A stretch of DNA of 64,000 nucleotides from the NCBI GenBank assembly GCA_016926255.1, contig JAFGOY010000011.1, positions 70,399-134,398 of the forward strand, in the 5' to 3' direction. Position 1 is the stretch's first letter; each line of letters begins with the position of its first letter. The stretch is from Anaerolineae bacterium. Lineage in GTDB: Bacteria > Chloroflexota > Anaerolineae > Aggregatilineales > UBA3940. Below, one piece after another: positions 15,001-30,000 of this stretch. A model generated the notes under the pieces. The model was not told the origin of the DNA. It was given only the letters and a program-made list of their open reading frames with translations, and ran no database searches. The position numbers were made by a program, and so were the translations under genes.

Positions 15001-18000
15001 ACGATACCTTCACCTTCTGGAACACGGCGCAGCTTGTTGGTGTCATCAGCGGCGAGGCACATGTCCTCTACGACACGCTCGACTTCAGCAATTACGCCAC
15101 CGGTGTGATCGTCAACACCGCTGCCGGAACCGCGAATACGATCACCGGCTCCTTCAACACGATTGAGCGAATCATCGGCTCCGACTTCGACGACGACATC
15201 ACTGCCGACGATGGCCCGAATACCATCGAGGGTGGCCTCGGTGACGATACGCTCAATGGCGCTGGCGGTGATGACATTTACATCTTCCGCGATAACTGGG
15301 GCAATGACACCATCATCGAGCAGGTGGGCGGCGGCAATGACACGTTCGACTTCAGCGCGGTGACGGCGGCCTTCGATCTCGACTTCGACATCGAAACCGA
15401 CCTTCTCTACGTCGAGGACGGCGCGGGGAGCACCGTCACCCACAACGGGCTTGCGTTCCCGGCGGCGATCTATATCGAGAACCTGATCGGCGGCCAGGGC
15501 AACGACACCTTCAACTTCGAAGATACCGCTATATTAGCCGGTACGATTGACGGTCAGGGCGGCACCGCCGATCACCTGAATTACAACGGCACGCCCGGCT
15601 TCACCGGCTACACCACCAGCGTCACGGTCGATCTGAGCACCGGCGAGGCGACCGGGATCAACGGCGCGGCGGTGGGCGGCGTCACCGGCATCGAGAATAT
15701 TACCGGCGGCAGCGCCGATGACTTATTGACCGGCGACGCGCAGCCCAACGTCATCAATGGAGCGGAGGGCAGCGATACGCTGACCGGCCTGGGTGGTGAC
15801 GATACCTATCTCTTCGAGAATAATTACGGCGTCGACACGATTGTCGAGGTGGCCGGTGAGGGCGACGATACGCTCGACTTCCACCTGGTGACCGACGCGC
15901 TGACCTTCACCGTCGACCTGGCCCGCGTATTCGTCGACGACGGGGCGGGGAACACCGCCACCCACGACGGCGACCTGCTCGTCCCGGCGATCTACGTCGA
16001 GAACCTGATCGGCGGCACGAACGACGATCGGTTCGTCTTCACCGACAATGCCACCATCGGCGGGAACCTCGACGGACAGGGCGGCCACGACGTTCTGGAC
16101 CTCTCGGCCTACGGCACCTTCCGCGACGTGCTGCTCACCGATACTGGCACCATCGACGGCTTCCAGGGCACCGAACTGTCCATCGGCGGCGCGTTCGACA
16201 ACGTCGATGAAATCATCGCCAGCGCGACGGCCAGCGGTGACCGCCTGACCGGGCGCAACGCCGACGCCGACTGGAATCTCGACCTCACACCACAGTATGT
16301 CAGCGTCAACATGCTTGATTTCGCCAACTTCGAGGAACTGCATGGCGGCACGGCTGACGATACCTTCAACATTGACGACGATGTCGTCTACGACCTGTAC
16401 GGCGGCGACGGCCTCGATACCTTCGTCTTCGACGATGCCCGCACACTGACCGGCAGCATCGACGGCGAGGCCGGGGACGATACGCTCACTTATGCCGGTT
16501 ACAGCAGCGGGCGCACCGTCACATTGACGGGCACCGGCTCATCTGACGGCTTCGACGGTGTCGAAGGAGGGACGATCAGCGGCACATTCGCCAACATCGA
16601 CCTGCTGTACGGCAGCACCGACAACGACGACATCCTCAACGGCCTGGATGCCAATGCTAACTGGGAGATCAACGTCGGCGACGATATCTATACCAGCACT
16701 AACGACCTGACCTTCGCCGGGTTCGAAGACCTGTACGGCGGCACCGCCAGCGATACCTTCGTCTTCGAAGATACTGCCACCCACAGCGGCACGCTCTTCG
16801 GCGAGGAAGGCAGCGATACGCTCGATTTCAGCGCCTACAGCACCGGGCGCAGCGTTACGCTCAACAATGTGGGCACGGTCGACGGCTTCGAAGGTGACGA
16901 GGGCAGCATCATCCCGACCGATTGGGCCTTCGGCTTCACCGGCATCGACCAGGCACTTGGCAGCGCGGACCCGGCAGCGGTCGATACATTGACCGGGTGC
17001 AACGCCGACGCTATCTGGCTTCTCGACGCCACGCCGCAGTACGAGAGCGTCAACACGCTCGACTTCGCCAACTTCGAAGTGCTCCAGGGCGGCACGGCGA
17101 ACGATACCTTCAATATTGACGATAACGTTGCTTACGACCTTTACGGCGGCAGCGGTCTTGATACCTTCGCCTTCGGCGATGGCTTCACGCTGACCGGCAG
17201 CATCGATGGGCAGGCTGACGACGACACGCTCGATTTCTCCGTTTACACGAGCGCCCGCACCGTCACGCTGACGGGTACCGGCTCAGCCGATGGCTTCACC
17301 GGCATCGAACCGGCGGCTATCCTCGGCGGGACGTTCACCAATATCGACGTATTGATCGGCAGCAGCGACTCCGGTGCCGACGACTCGCTGACCGGGCGTA
17401 ACGCCCCCGCTGCCTGGACGCTCGGCGCGGTTCACGAATACACCAGCGGCGGCAACCTGCTGACCTTCAGTAGCTTCGAAGACCTGCACGGCGGCAGCGA
17501 TGTCGATATGTTCGTGGTCAATACCGACCAGGCGCTCGACCTGTTCGGCGGCGCAGGTAACGATACCTTCGACTTCAACAACGACGTGACGCTGACCGGC
17601 ACAGTCGACGGCGAGTTGGGCAGCGATACGCTCGACTTCGCCAACTTCGCCACCGGCGTCAGCCTCGCGCTGACCGGCACCGGAACTACCGACGAATACC
17701 AGGGCACGGTCGGGGCAATTACCGGCGGCTTCGACAATATCGGCCATGCGGTTGGGTCGAGCAGCGCCGGAGACGACGCGCTCACCGGCTACAACGAAGA
17801 TGCCGTCTGGACGATCAACGCAGTCAACGGCGGCACCTACAGCGGCGCGGGCATCTTCGACTTCACCGATTTCGACGAACTCTACGGCAACGTCGGTGTG
17901 GATACCTTCCAGATTAACGTCGCCGGGGCCGACTTCGATCTGTACGGCGGCGACAACGCCGACAGCTTCACCTTCGCCAACGGTGCGACGCTGATCGGCA

Positions 18001-21000
18001 GCCTCGACGGGCAAGCTGGTAGCGATACGCTCAACTACAATGCCTACAGCACCGGGCGCACCTTCACACTCAGCGATGTCGGCGCGACCGACGGCTTCAC
18101 CGGCACCGAAACCGGGACGATCAGCGGCACCTTCACCAATATCGACGTGCTGGTCGGCAGCAGCAGCGCCGCTAATGACCGGCTGATTGGCCGCGAAGCC
18201 GACACGACCTGGATTTTCTGGGTGGGGGCCGACCCGCAGTATGTTTCGGGCAATACGCTGACCTTCCGGCAGGTTGAAGACCTTCAGGGCGGCACTTATT
18301 CCGACACCTTCGTCTTTGACTACGTCGGCGGCGTTGGCGCACGCTGGAACGGCACCATCGACGGCGGCATCGACACCAACGGCGTCGACACCTTCGATTT
18401 CACCGCCTACGACCACCGCATTACCGTCAACCTCGGCGCGGGCACCGGCATAGACCTTGACGAAGGCGGCACGCCTGACCTCGTCAGCGGCGGTTATGCC
18501 GACATTGAGAACGTCTTTGGCGGCAGCGACGATGATACGCTCACCGGCAGCGATGAGAACAACATCATCGATGGTGGCCCCGGCTTCGATATTATGACCG
18601 GCGGCGCAGGCAATGATACCTATCGCTTCCGCGATGGCTGGGAAACCGACCGTGTGATCGAGGTGGCGGGTGAAGGCGACGATACGCTCGACTTCAGCCT
18701 GGTAACGCTCGACAATATCACCGCCAATATCGACAGCCTGGAACAGGTGCAGGTAACCTCAGCCCCCAACGGCTACGGTATCCTCAACGCCGGTGCGGGC
18801 GTCTGGGTGCCTAACCTTGAGAACATCATCGGCACGCAGCTTGACGACGACTTTATCTTCACCAATAACGGTGTGCTGCCCGGCTACATCAGCGGGCGCG
18901 AGGGCTACGATACGCTCGATTGGAGCGCTTACACCTCACCACGCCAGATCGTCCTGACCGCACCCGGCGACCCCGACGGCTTCGCCGGTTACGACGACGA
19001 GGGCAGCATCGGTCTGACCTTCGACGGCATTAATAACCTGATCGGTTCCGAATCCATCGAACCCGACTGGCTGACCGGTGCCAACATCGACAACGACTGG
19101 CTGATCAGCAGCGACAACGATGGGTATGTCGAGCATACCGCTGCTTACCATACCGATTTCGTCAGCTTCGAGAACCTGAACGGCGGCAGCGCCGACGACT
19201 ACTTCACCTTTGCCGACGATCAGGAACTGAGCGGCGCGCTCGACGGTAAGGGCGGCAATGACACGCTCGACTTTACCGGCTGGAGCACATCGCTTGGCGT
19301 GCAGATGGGTGCTGGCATCGTCTACCGCCTGCCCGTCCCGCCGCCGCCTACCGCCCCCGATCGTGTTATCGAAGATGGCTTCACCGATATCGAGAACGTG
19401 TTTGGCCCACTGGTCGGCGGCAACGTCATCTACGGCGACGAGTTCGACAACATCCTGGTCGGCAGCCCGTTCGATGACGAAATCTATGGCCTGGGTGGTA
19501 ATGACATCCTTGACGGCGGCTCCGGCGGCAACGACATCCTGCACGGCGGCACGGGCAGCGACACCTTCCGCACCACCGTCGACAGCGATTGGGTGGTCGA
19601 TCTGAACGCGGGTACCGCTACTACCGGCACGCGCACGATTATCTTTGACGGCATCGAAAATGCCACTACCGCAGGCGGCAATGACGAAATCTACGGTACG
19701 GCAGGCAGCAATATTATCACCGGCGGCGCAGGCGACGATCTACTCGAAGGCCGTGGTGGTGACGACATCTACATTATCGAAGATGGCTGGGGCAGCGACA
19801 CGATTGTCGAGGCGGCGGGTGGCGGTGATGACCTGATCGACGCTTCGGCAGTGACGACTGCGCTCGACGGGCAGGTCAATACCACCACGCTGGAAATCAC
19901 CAGCGGCACCAACCGCATCTGGCACGACGGTACGACCGGCGTCTACATCGAAAGCATTATCAGCGGCAGCGGCGGCGATACCTTTACCTTCGCCAACAAC
20001 GCTGTGATTGACGGGTATCTCGACCTGCGCGGTGGGCACGACACGATTGACCTCTCGGCCTACACCACGCCACGCCAGTTCCAGCTTGACGACACCGGCA
20101 GCATCAACGGCTTCGACGGCGGTGAGTTCAGCATCACGCTCGGCTTCATGAATATCGACGAGATCATCGGCAGTGCGACCTCTTCGCTCGATTATCTGGG
20201 CGGCATCAACGAGATCGCGGCCTGGACGCTCGACGAGTTCAACGTCGACGGCCCGAACACCTACGTTGTCGGCACTTACACGCTGGTCTTCGACAACATC
20301 GAGCAGCACTACGGCGGCAGCGAGGCCGATACCTTCACCCTCAAGCCAGGAACACAGGTCGGCCTGATCGTCTCCGGTGCGGGTGATGACACGGTGATCT
20401 TCGAAGATGGTGCAGCGATCAGCGGCAGGATCGACGGCCAGGGTGGTCACGACACGCTGAACTTTGCAGCCTACAGCACCAGCCAGACCGTCACGCTGAC
20501 CGGCATGGGCCTCACCGATGGCTACAACGGCAACAACGCGCTGATCGGTGTGGCGGGCAGCTCCTTCCTCAATATCGACGCGGTAGTCGGCAGCAGCAAC
20601 GACCCGACCAATACGCTGGTCGGTACTGACCGGGTCACCGAGTGGCGGATGACCGAACACGGTTCCGGCCATGACGAAGGCACCGTCACCGACGTGCTGA
20701 CCGCCCACAACCTCGACTTTGTCGACTTCGAGTACCTGGTTGGCGGCAGCGATTACGATACATTGACCTTCGAAGAGATCAGCGACCCGGTTCACCTCGA
20801 ACTGACCGGTCACGGGACGAAGGACGGATTCTCCGGCATCGAAACCAGCACGACCCCCGTTCCGGTTATCACCGGCAGCTACACCAACATGAACTACCTG
20901 CGCGGCACCGACGCCGCCGGGTCGGACTCGCTGACCGGTCTGGACGAGAACGCGACCTGGACGGCCAACTGGCCGACCGTCAAGGCCCAGTACAATACCG

Positions 21001-24000
21001 ACGCCGCGCCCGGCATCGTGCTTGACTTCACCCACATCGAAGATTATATCGGCGGCAGCGCCTACGATACGCTGACCTTCGCCGCGCTCGCTGCCTCAAT
21101 AGAAGTCTACCTGACCGATTTCGGTACGGTCGACGGCTTCGCCGGTGACGAGACGACCGGCGTCCTGGGCACGTTCGACAACATGAAGCGCGTCGAAGGC
21201 TCGGCGACCGGCACCACAGACGAACTGCACGGCCTCGACGCAGCGATCAGCGCGTTGAGCGACTGGTTTATTAACCCCGGCGACGACCAGTACAGCAGCG
21301 GCGGACGCACGCTCGACTTCGTCAACTTCGAGGAACTGTTCGGCGGCGACGGCGAGGACTGGCTCGACTATCACAATTACCCGAACACGACACCGGTCAC
21401 CGTCGATCTCAGCAGCAGCCAGGCCGATTTCCTGGGCCAGCTTGCGGTCGGCTTCGTGATCGGCTTCGAGAACATCTTCGGCGGTCAGGGCAATGACACG
21501 CTCACCGGCGACAACAACGCCAACGTGATCGCCGGTTCCGGCGGCGATGATCTGCTCACCGGCCTGGGCGGTGACGATACTTACCTGTTCGGCCCGAACT
21601 GGGGCAGCGACACGATCGTCGAGACCGCCGCAGGCGGCAATGACACGCTGACCTTCGCCGCGACGCTCGGCTCACATACGGTCGATGTCGGCACGGCGCT
21701 GCTCGTCGAAATTTACAGCGACCATCTCGACGTGACCGCCGGTGCCAACAGCGTCACCGAACTGGGCGACGCGGGCCTGTCGGATGTCGAGAACGTCTAC
21801 GGCGGCGATGGCGACGACATCTTCCGCTTCCGCGAAAATGGCGCGGCGCTGGCCGGTATTATCGACGGGCAGGCAGGCAGCGATACGCTCGACTACAGCG
21901 GCTACAGCACGCCGGTCTTTGCCAACCTCGAAACGCTGGCTACCACCGGTGCGAACGGCGGCGCAGCAGGCGGCTTTGCCAGCTTCGAGGCGATGATCGG
22001 CGGCAGCGCCTCCGATACGCTCACCGGCGAGGATAACGACAATACCTGGACGGTGGCGGGCGTGGCCCAGGGCGATGTCGACGGCTTCGCCTTCCAGAGC
22101 GTCGAGAACCTGATCGGCGGCGATGCCTACGATACGCTCGACTTCACAACCAACGCGGTCGACCAGACGATCAACATTACCGGGATGGGCACGGGCGACG
22201 GCTTTGCCGGTGACGTGGCGACCACACTCGACAGCTTCGACAATATGAACGGCCTGGCGGCCAACCCCGCAGTCGACACCACGCTGACCGGGCGCGATGC
22301 CAATGCGACCTGGGATATCGACGGGACGAACCAGTACCAGAGCGGCGGGCGGGCATTCGATTTCACCGACGTCGACAACCTGACCGGCGGCAGCGGCGAC
22401 GATACCTTCGTCTTTGCCGATACTATCACCGTCTCCGGCGTCATCGACGGCGGCGCGGGCTGGGATACATTCGATTACAGCGATTACTCGACCGCACGGC
22501 ATATCACGCTGACCGCAGTCGGCGGCATCGATGGCTTCGACGGGGTGGAGAACAACGGCAGCATCGGCGGCGGCTTCCTGAACATGAACGGCTTCACCGG
22601 CAGCCACGCCGTCGCCCCCGATCAACTGACCGGCGCTCCGGTCGACAATACCTGGGTACAGTCCGGCTCGAACCGGGGCACGATCAACGGCAGCTTCGCT
22701 TACCAGTCGGTCGAACGGCTCGAAGGCGGCGCGGCCCAGGATACGCTCAGTTACGAGGGTTACGGCACCCCGGTGAACGTCAACCTTGCGACCGGTGTCG
22801 CCACCGATATCTCGGCGGGCTTCGTGGTACCGAGCTTCGAGAATGCACGCGGCGGCAACGCCGACGATACGCTGACCGGCAACGATTTCGACAACATCCT
22901 CGAAGGCGGCCCCGGCGATGATCTGCTGACCGGCGCTGGCGGCGATGATACCTACTACTTCCGCGATGGCTACGGCGGCGCGGCAGGTGATACGGTTGTG
23001 GAACTGGCTGGTGAAGGCACCGATATGCTCGACTTCAGCGGTGTATCCAACGTCACCGACCTGCTGTTCGACATCCAATCTGATACAGTCACCGTGACCG
23101 GCGGCGCAAGCCCGGTAGTTCATACCGGCGATACACTGCCCACACCGGCCATCTACATCGAGAGCCTGATCGGTGGGCAGGGCAATGACGTATTTGACTT
23201 TGCCAATACCGCTTCCGTCAGCGGCCTGATCGACGGGCAGCTTGGTTCCGATACGCTCGATTACGCCGACTACACCACCGCCCGCCATCTCGTAGTGAGC
23301 GGCCCCGGAACGCTTGACGGCGTCCAGGGCAGCGAGGCAGATACCATCGGCCTGACCTTCGACAATATCGACGTCTACACCGGCAGCAGCACCGTCGGCC
23401 AGCTTGACCAGATCACCGGTGCTGACCTGCCCGCCACCTGGACGGTTGGGCCGGGCATGCACGTCTACACCGACGACGGCACCGGACAGACGCTTATCCT
23501 CAACGATGTCGAGGTCTACAACGGCGGCGGCGATGTCGATACTTTCAATATTGACGGCGCGCAGACCGTCGACCTGAACGGCGGGGCGGGTGACGATCAC
23601 TTCCTGATGTGGAACGCGGGCACGATCAACGGCACCGCGCCGCGCATCGATGGGCAGCTTGGCAGCGATACGCTCAACTACTCCAACTACGGCAGCGCGA
23701 TCTCGGCCAACCTTGCGACCGGCTCCGGCACCGGCATCAACGGCGGGGCGGTGGGCGGCTTTGCCAGCATCGAAGTGCTGATCGGCAGCCCGTTCGGCAA
23801 CCTGATCGAAGGCAGCCCCGGCCCCGATACGATTTACGGCACCGGAGCCAACGACACGATCTACGGCTACGGCGGTGACGACATCATCTATGGCAGCGGC
23901 GGCAACGATACGATTTACGGCGGCACCGGCACCGATACCATCAATTACAGCAATGCGACGGCAGCCGTCACCGTCAACCTGGGCACGGGACAGGCGACCG

Positions 24001-27000
24001 GTGTGAGCATCGACACCGATACGCTCGACAGCATTGAGAATATCGTCGGGTCGCCGTTTGACGATACGTTGACCGGCAGCAGTGCCGCCAACCGCATCGA
24101 GGGCGGTGAAGGCAACGATACGCTGATCGGCAGCGGCGGCAACGATACCTACGTCTTTTCCGGCGACTGGGGCGACGACACCTTCTCGACCACCGTCACC
24201 CCCGACGACGGCACCGACACGCTCAACTTCAGCGGGGTGAGCGCGGCGGTCAACTACGACGTCACGCCGGGCGGCATCGACGTGACGAGCGGCACCAATT
24301 CGCTGACCTACACCGGCACCGATATCGAACTTGTGCGCGGCGGCACGGGCATCGACACCATTAACTTCAACGGTTTCGCGGGCGCTGTGGACGTTCAGCT
24401 AACCGCGCTTGGCACCAATGACGGCTTCGCCGGGACGGAACTCAACAGCGGGCTGTCCTTCGATAACACCGACGTGCTCAATGTCGGCGGGGCGGTGACC
24501 AGCGATACGCTGCGCGGCATGAATGCAGATGCGACCTGGGACATTTCGGCTGGCACTTACACCAACGATGCCAGCACCCGCGTTCTGACCTTCACCGGCT
24601 TCGACGACCTGTACGGCGGCAGCGCGGTCGACACCTTCAACGTCGACGCGGCAGCCACCGCCGATATTTTTACCGGTGCGGGCAATGACGTGCTGAACAT
24701 CGACCTGAATGGCAGCCTGACCGGGAGCGTGGCCTTCGGTTTGGGCACCGACACGCTCGATTACAGCGGCTACACCGCAGGCGGCGCGGCGGTCAGCCTC
24801 CAGACGATGACGGCGACCGGCATCAGCGGCGGCTTCACCGGGCTTGAGAACTTCGTCGGATCGGCGGCTGGCGACCAATTAGAGGCAGCCGACGGCAACC
24901 ACACCTGGACGATCAGCGGCGTGGCCCAGGGCGACCTTGATGGCTTCACCTTCAGCAGCGTCGAAACGCTGGTCGGGCGCGATGGCGACAACGTGCTCGA
25001 CTTCGGCGCGCTGGCCGGGCCGCTCGACGTGCTGCTGACCGGGTCGAGCAATCACGGGTTCATAGGCACCGAGACCACCTACGGGGTTGCCTTCCAGCGC
25101 ATCGACGAGATCGTCGGCTCGACTTCAACCACCGACGTGCTGACCGGCACGAACAACCCATCGACCTGGACATTCAATACTACCGAACAGTACACGGCCT
25201 ACACCCTGGGCGGCGATCACAGCCTCGATTTCTCGGACTTCGAGGTATTGAACGGCGGCAGCGGTGCTGACGAGTTTGTCTTCTTCAACGGTGCGACCTT
25301 CAACGGCGATATCGACGGGCAGGACGGCGACAACACGCTCGACCTGAGCAACATGACCACCGCCCGCACCGTCACCCTGAGCGGCCCCGGCGTTGGCTTC
25401 AATGGTTTCGACGGTACCGAGAACGGCCTCGGCGTTGGCTTCGCCCACATCGATACGCTGCTTGGCACCACGCTCAACGATACGCTGGTCGGCGCAGATA
25501 TCGCCGCCGAGTGGCAGGTTCAGGACGCCACGACCGTTATTTACACCGACACGGTGAACACGATCACCGCCAGCGATTTCGACATCCTGACCGGCGGCAG
25601 TACCGCCGATACGCTCAGCTTTGCGGCGCTGGCCGGGCCGATTGAAGTCCAACTGACGGCAGCAGGCAGCATCGCAGGCGATGGGCTGGCCGGGACCGAG
25701 ACTTCGACTGGCTACATTTTCGACAATATGGATAGCTTCGTCGGTTCGGCGGCTGTCGACGACCGGATCGTCGGGCCTAACTGGGCCACCACCTGGACCA
25801 TCGGTACGCCATCGACGGTTGCAATCGGCGCGAATGATGCCGAGTTCGATGGGGCCAACCTCGAACTGATTATCGGTGGCAGCGGTGCTGACACCTTCAT
25901 CGTCAACGGTGCGACCACCCTCAGCCTGTTCGGTATGGCCGGTGACGATACCTTCACATTCAACGGCGCAGCCTCGGTGACCGACGTATTCGGCGGCACT
26001 GGCACCGACCGGTTCGATTATTCCGGCTACGGCAGCGCGGTGACGGTCGATCTCGGTGCGGCGACGGCTACGGGCCTGACTGGTACGTTTGACGGCATCG
26101 AGGGCATGATCGGCAGCCTGGGCTTTGACGATCAACTGACCGGCCCCAATGCCAATACCACCTGGCGGCAGACCGGGCTGGACAGCGGCCAGCTTACCGG
26201 CGGTGGAATCACCTTCACCTACACCGACGTCGAGACACTGGTCGGAACGGCCAATGTAGATACGCTCGACTTCTCGGCCTTCACCACCGGGCGCAATATC
26301 GAACTTTTCGGTGCGGGCACCGTCGACGGCTACCAGGGCACCGAGACATCGATCAGCAACCAGTTCGACAATATGAACATTCTGGTTGGCTCACCCGCCG
26401 CAGATACGCTGACCGGCAGCGCCAACCCGACGGCCTTTGCCATCACCGGTACACGCGCCGGTTCGGTCGACGGCCTGCTGAACTTCAGCGCGATTGAGAA
26501 CCTGGTCGGCGCAAGCGGTGCCGATGCCCTGTCCTATGCTGCGTACAGCGCACCGCTCACCGTCACATTGACCGGCTTCACCGGCGGCGGTGTGGATGGC
26601 GGCGACAATCTCTCCGGGATGACCTTCGCTGGTATCGATACGCTCACGGGCGGCACCGGCAGCGATACGCTGGTCGGGGTGAACGCAGATGCGACCTGGA
26701 CGGTCGGCGCGGGAATCAACGTGACTTACGCAGCCGGTACGGCAGGGCTGAACAGCTTCGAGACGCTCCAGGGTGGCAGCGGCGTCGATACCTTCAATAT
26801 CGACGGCACTCCGGCAGCCAATCTGCGCGGCGGCGCGGGCGACGACACCTTCAACTTCCTGACCAACACCACCCAGATCACGGGCAGCATCGACGGGCAG
26901 GATGGCATCGATACGCTCGATTACAGCGCCCTGACTGTCCCGGTGACCGTCAACCTGGCTACGCGCAGCGCCGACGGCGTGACCGGCACCGTCGACCGCA

Positions 27001-30000
27001 TCGAGCGCGTCATCGGTGGGTCGGGAGACGACACAATCACCGGCACGGGCGGCGATGATACAATTGATGGCGGCGCAGGCGACGACACGATCAACGGCGG
27101 TGGAGGCAATGACATCCTCACCGGCGGCGCGGGCGACGACACGATTTATGGTGGCAACGGCACCGACACGATCACCGGCGGACAGGGCAGCGATACCCTT
27201 TACGGCGGCAATGGTGACGATACCTACCTGTATTCCGGTAACGACTGGGGCGAGGATCATATCCATGAGTACGCGGGTGGCGGCAGCGACACGGTCGATA
27301 CCTCGGCGGTGACCAACCCGCTCGCCACCACCTTCGGCGTTGGCCTGATCATCATGCAGGATACAGTCGTCCCGACTAATATCATCTACCTGCATGACGA
27401 TGGCCTCGAATTCGTCACCGGCACGCCGGGCGATGACACCTTCACCTTTGCCGATGGAGCGACCACCACGTCAACGATACGCGGACTGGGTGGTCATGAC
27501 ATACTCGACCTGTCGGCCTACACGAGTGCGCTCGACGTGCTGCTTACCGCGCTGGGCACCAACGACGGCTTCGCCGGGATCGAGCGGAACAACGGTATCA
27601 ACTTCGACGATATCGATGAGTTCATCGCCGGAACCGTCCCCGGCATCGTCGACATGATCACCGGTATGAATGTCGCCAGCACCTGGACTATCGATGATGG
27701 CGGCTACGATTACTCGGCGGACGGGTTCGCCAACACGCTCGACTTCGCCAACTTTGAAGAGGCATACGGCGGCTCCGGTGACGACACCTTCAACGTCCGC
27801 AATACCCCCACGCTCGACCTGTTCGGCGGCGCGGGTGACGACACCTTCGACTTTGACGCAGCGGCAGACCTGACCGGCAGCATCGACGGCGGCGCGGATG
27901 TCGATACGCTCGATTACGCCGGGTTCACGGCAAGCGGTGTGACGGTCGATCTCTCGACCGGCTCCGCCACGAACGTCAACGGCGGCGCTGTGGGCAGCGT
28001 CACCGGCGTCGAGGACGTAACCGGCAGCGCACAGGATGACACGATCACCGGTGATGGGAATGCCAACCGCCTCGAAGGTCTGGCAGGCGAAGACACGATC
28101 TTCGGCCTGGGCGGTGACGACACACTCGTCGGCGGCGCAGACGACGATCACCTGTTCGGCGGCACCGGTAACGATACTTACGAGTACGCCGATAACTGGG
28201 GCCAGGACGATGTCAACGAGGCAGCGGGTGAAGGCAGCGACACGCTGGACCTCACCGGCGCACTGATCGGGCTGACCATCGACCTGTACACTGCCAGCTT
28301 GCAGATTATCCAGGGCCTGAACACGATTGATTACATTGGCAATGCCCTGGAGAACATTACCGGCGGCAGTGGTAACGATGTCGTCAACTTCAACGACGAC
28401 GGCTGCGGCATCATCGGCCTGCTCGACGGGCACAGCGGCAGCGACACGCTCAATTACGCCGCCGGGTACACGTCACCGGTCACCGGCAACCTGGAAACGG
28501 CAGCGGCCACCGGCACGGGCGGCATCGCCAACTTCGAGAGCATGGTCGGCGGCAGCGGCTCTGATACGCTCATCGGCCAGGATATTGCAAACAACTGGGC
28601 CGTCACCGCCAACGACGCGGGCACCCTGAACGGCACCTTCGCCTTTGCCTCGGTCGAGAACCTGATTGGCGGCGCGGTGGATGATCACTTTGCCTTCTCC
28701 GATGGCGTCAGAGTTTCCGGCCTGGTCGATGGACTGGACGGCACCGACACGCTCGACTATGCTCTGTTCACCTTCGCCAATCCGGTAAATATCAAGCTGG
28801 ACGGCGTGGGCACGGTCGATGGTTACCAGGGTGAAACGACCGTCTCCGGCGTGATCTACACCCTCTTTGACAACATCGATGCCGTGATCGGCGGCGCGGG
28901 CAGCGACTCGCTCGAAGGCCCGCCCATGGACAACGTCTGGCATCTGACCGGCCCGAATACAGGGACGCTAAATGGCGATTTCTCCTTTACCTCGATTGAG
29001 AACCTGACCGGTAATGCCCTGTCTGATACCTTCATCGTCGACCCCGGTGCGTCGGTTGACGGCGCGATTAACGGTATCGGCGGCGGTGACACCATCGACT
29101 TCAGCGGCTACAACGTGCCGATTTATGTCGATCTTGGTACGGGCCTGGTGCTGATCAATGGCAATCCGGGCGCAATCCCCGGCGGCCTCTCGAACTTTGC
29201 GAATGTCATCGGCGGCAGCGCCAACGATACGCTGATTGGCAACAGCAGCGATAACTCTCTGTACGGCGGTGCGGGCGACGATATCCTGAGCGGTCTGGGC
29301 GGTAATGATATCCTCGACGGCGGTGAAGGCAACGATACCATCGACGAACACACCGCAACCAACCCGGTGAACATCAACCTGACGACCGGCACCGCGTCCG
29401 GCATCGACATTGGCAACGACACGCTCTCCAACCTGGAGAACATCATCGGCGGCAGTGGCAACGATACGCTGATCGGCGATGACGGCGACAACTGGATCAC
29501 CGGCAACGAGGGTAGCGATCTGATCGACGGACGCGGCGGGAACGACACCTTCGACGAACACAACACTACCCAGGGTATGAACGTCAATCTGCCGGGCGGC
29601 ACGGCGACCACGACCAGCGGCGCGGCTTACACTGACACGCTGCTGAGCATCGAGAATGCTTTCACCGGTTCTGGCAATGATACGCTGATCGGCGATGATG
29701 GCGACAACATCCTGGGCAGCGGCAACGGCAACGACAGCGTCGACGGCGGCGCAGGCAGCGATACCTACGATCAGCGCTTCGTGACGCTCGATATGTTCGT
29801 CGACCTGATGTTCGGTGCCAACCAGTCGCAGTTTGGGGCGTACGTCGATCAGCTTTCGAATATTGAGAACGTTACGACCGGCTCCGGCAATGACCAGGTT
29901 TACGGTGACGATGGTCCGAACGGACTCAACGGCGGACCCGGTAACGACAGTCTCTATGGGCGTGGCGGCGACGACACCTACTATTTCTGGAACGACTTTG

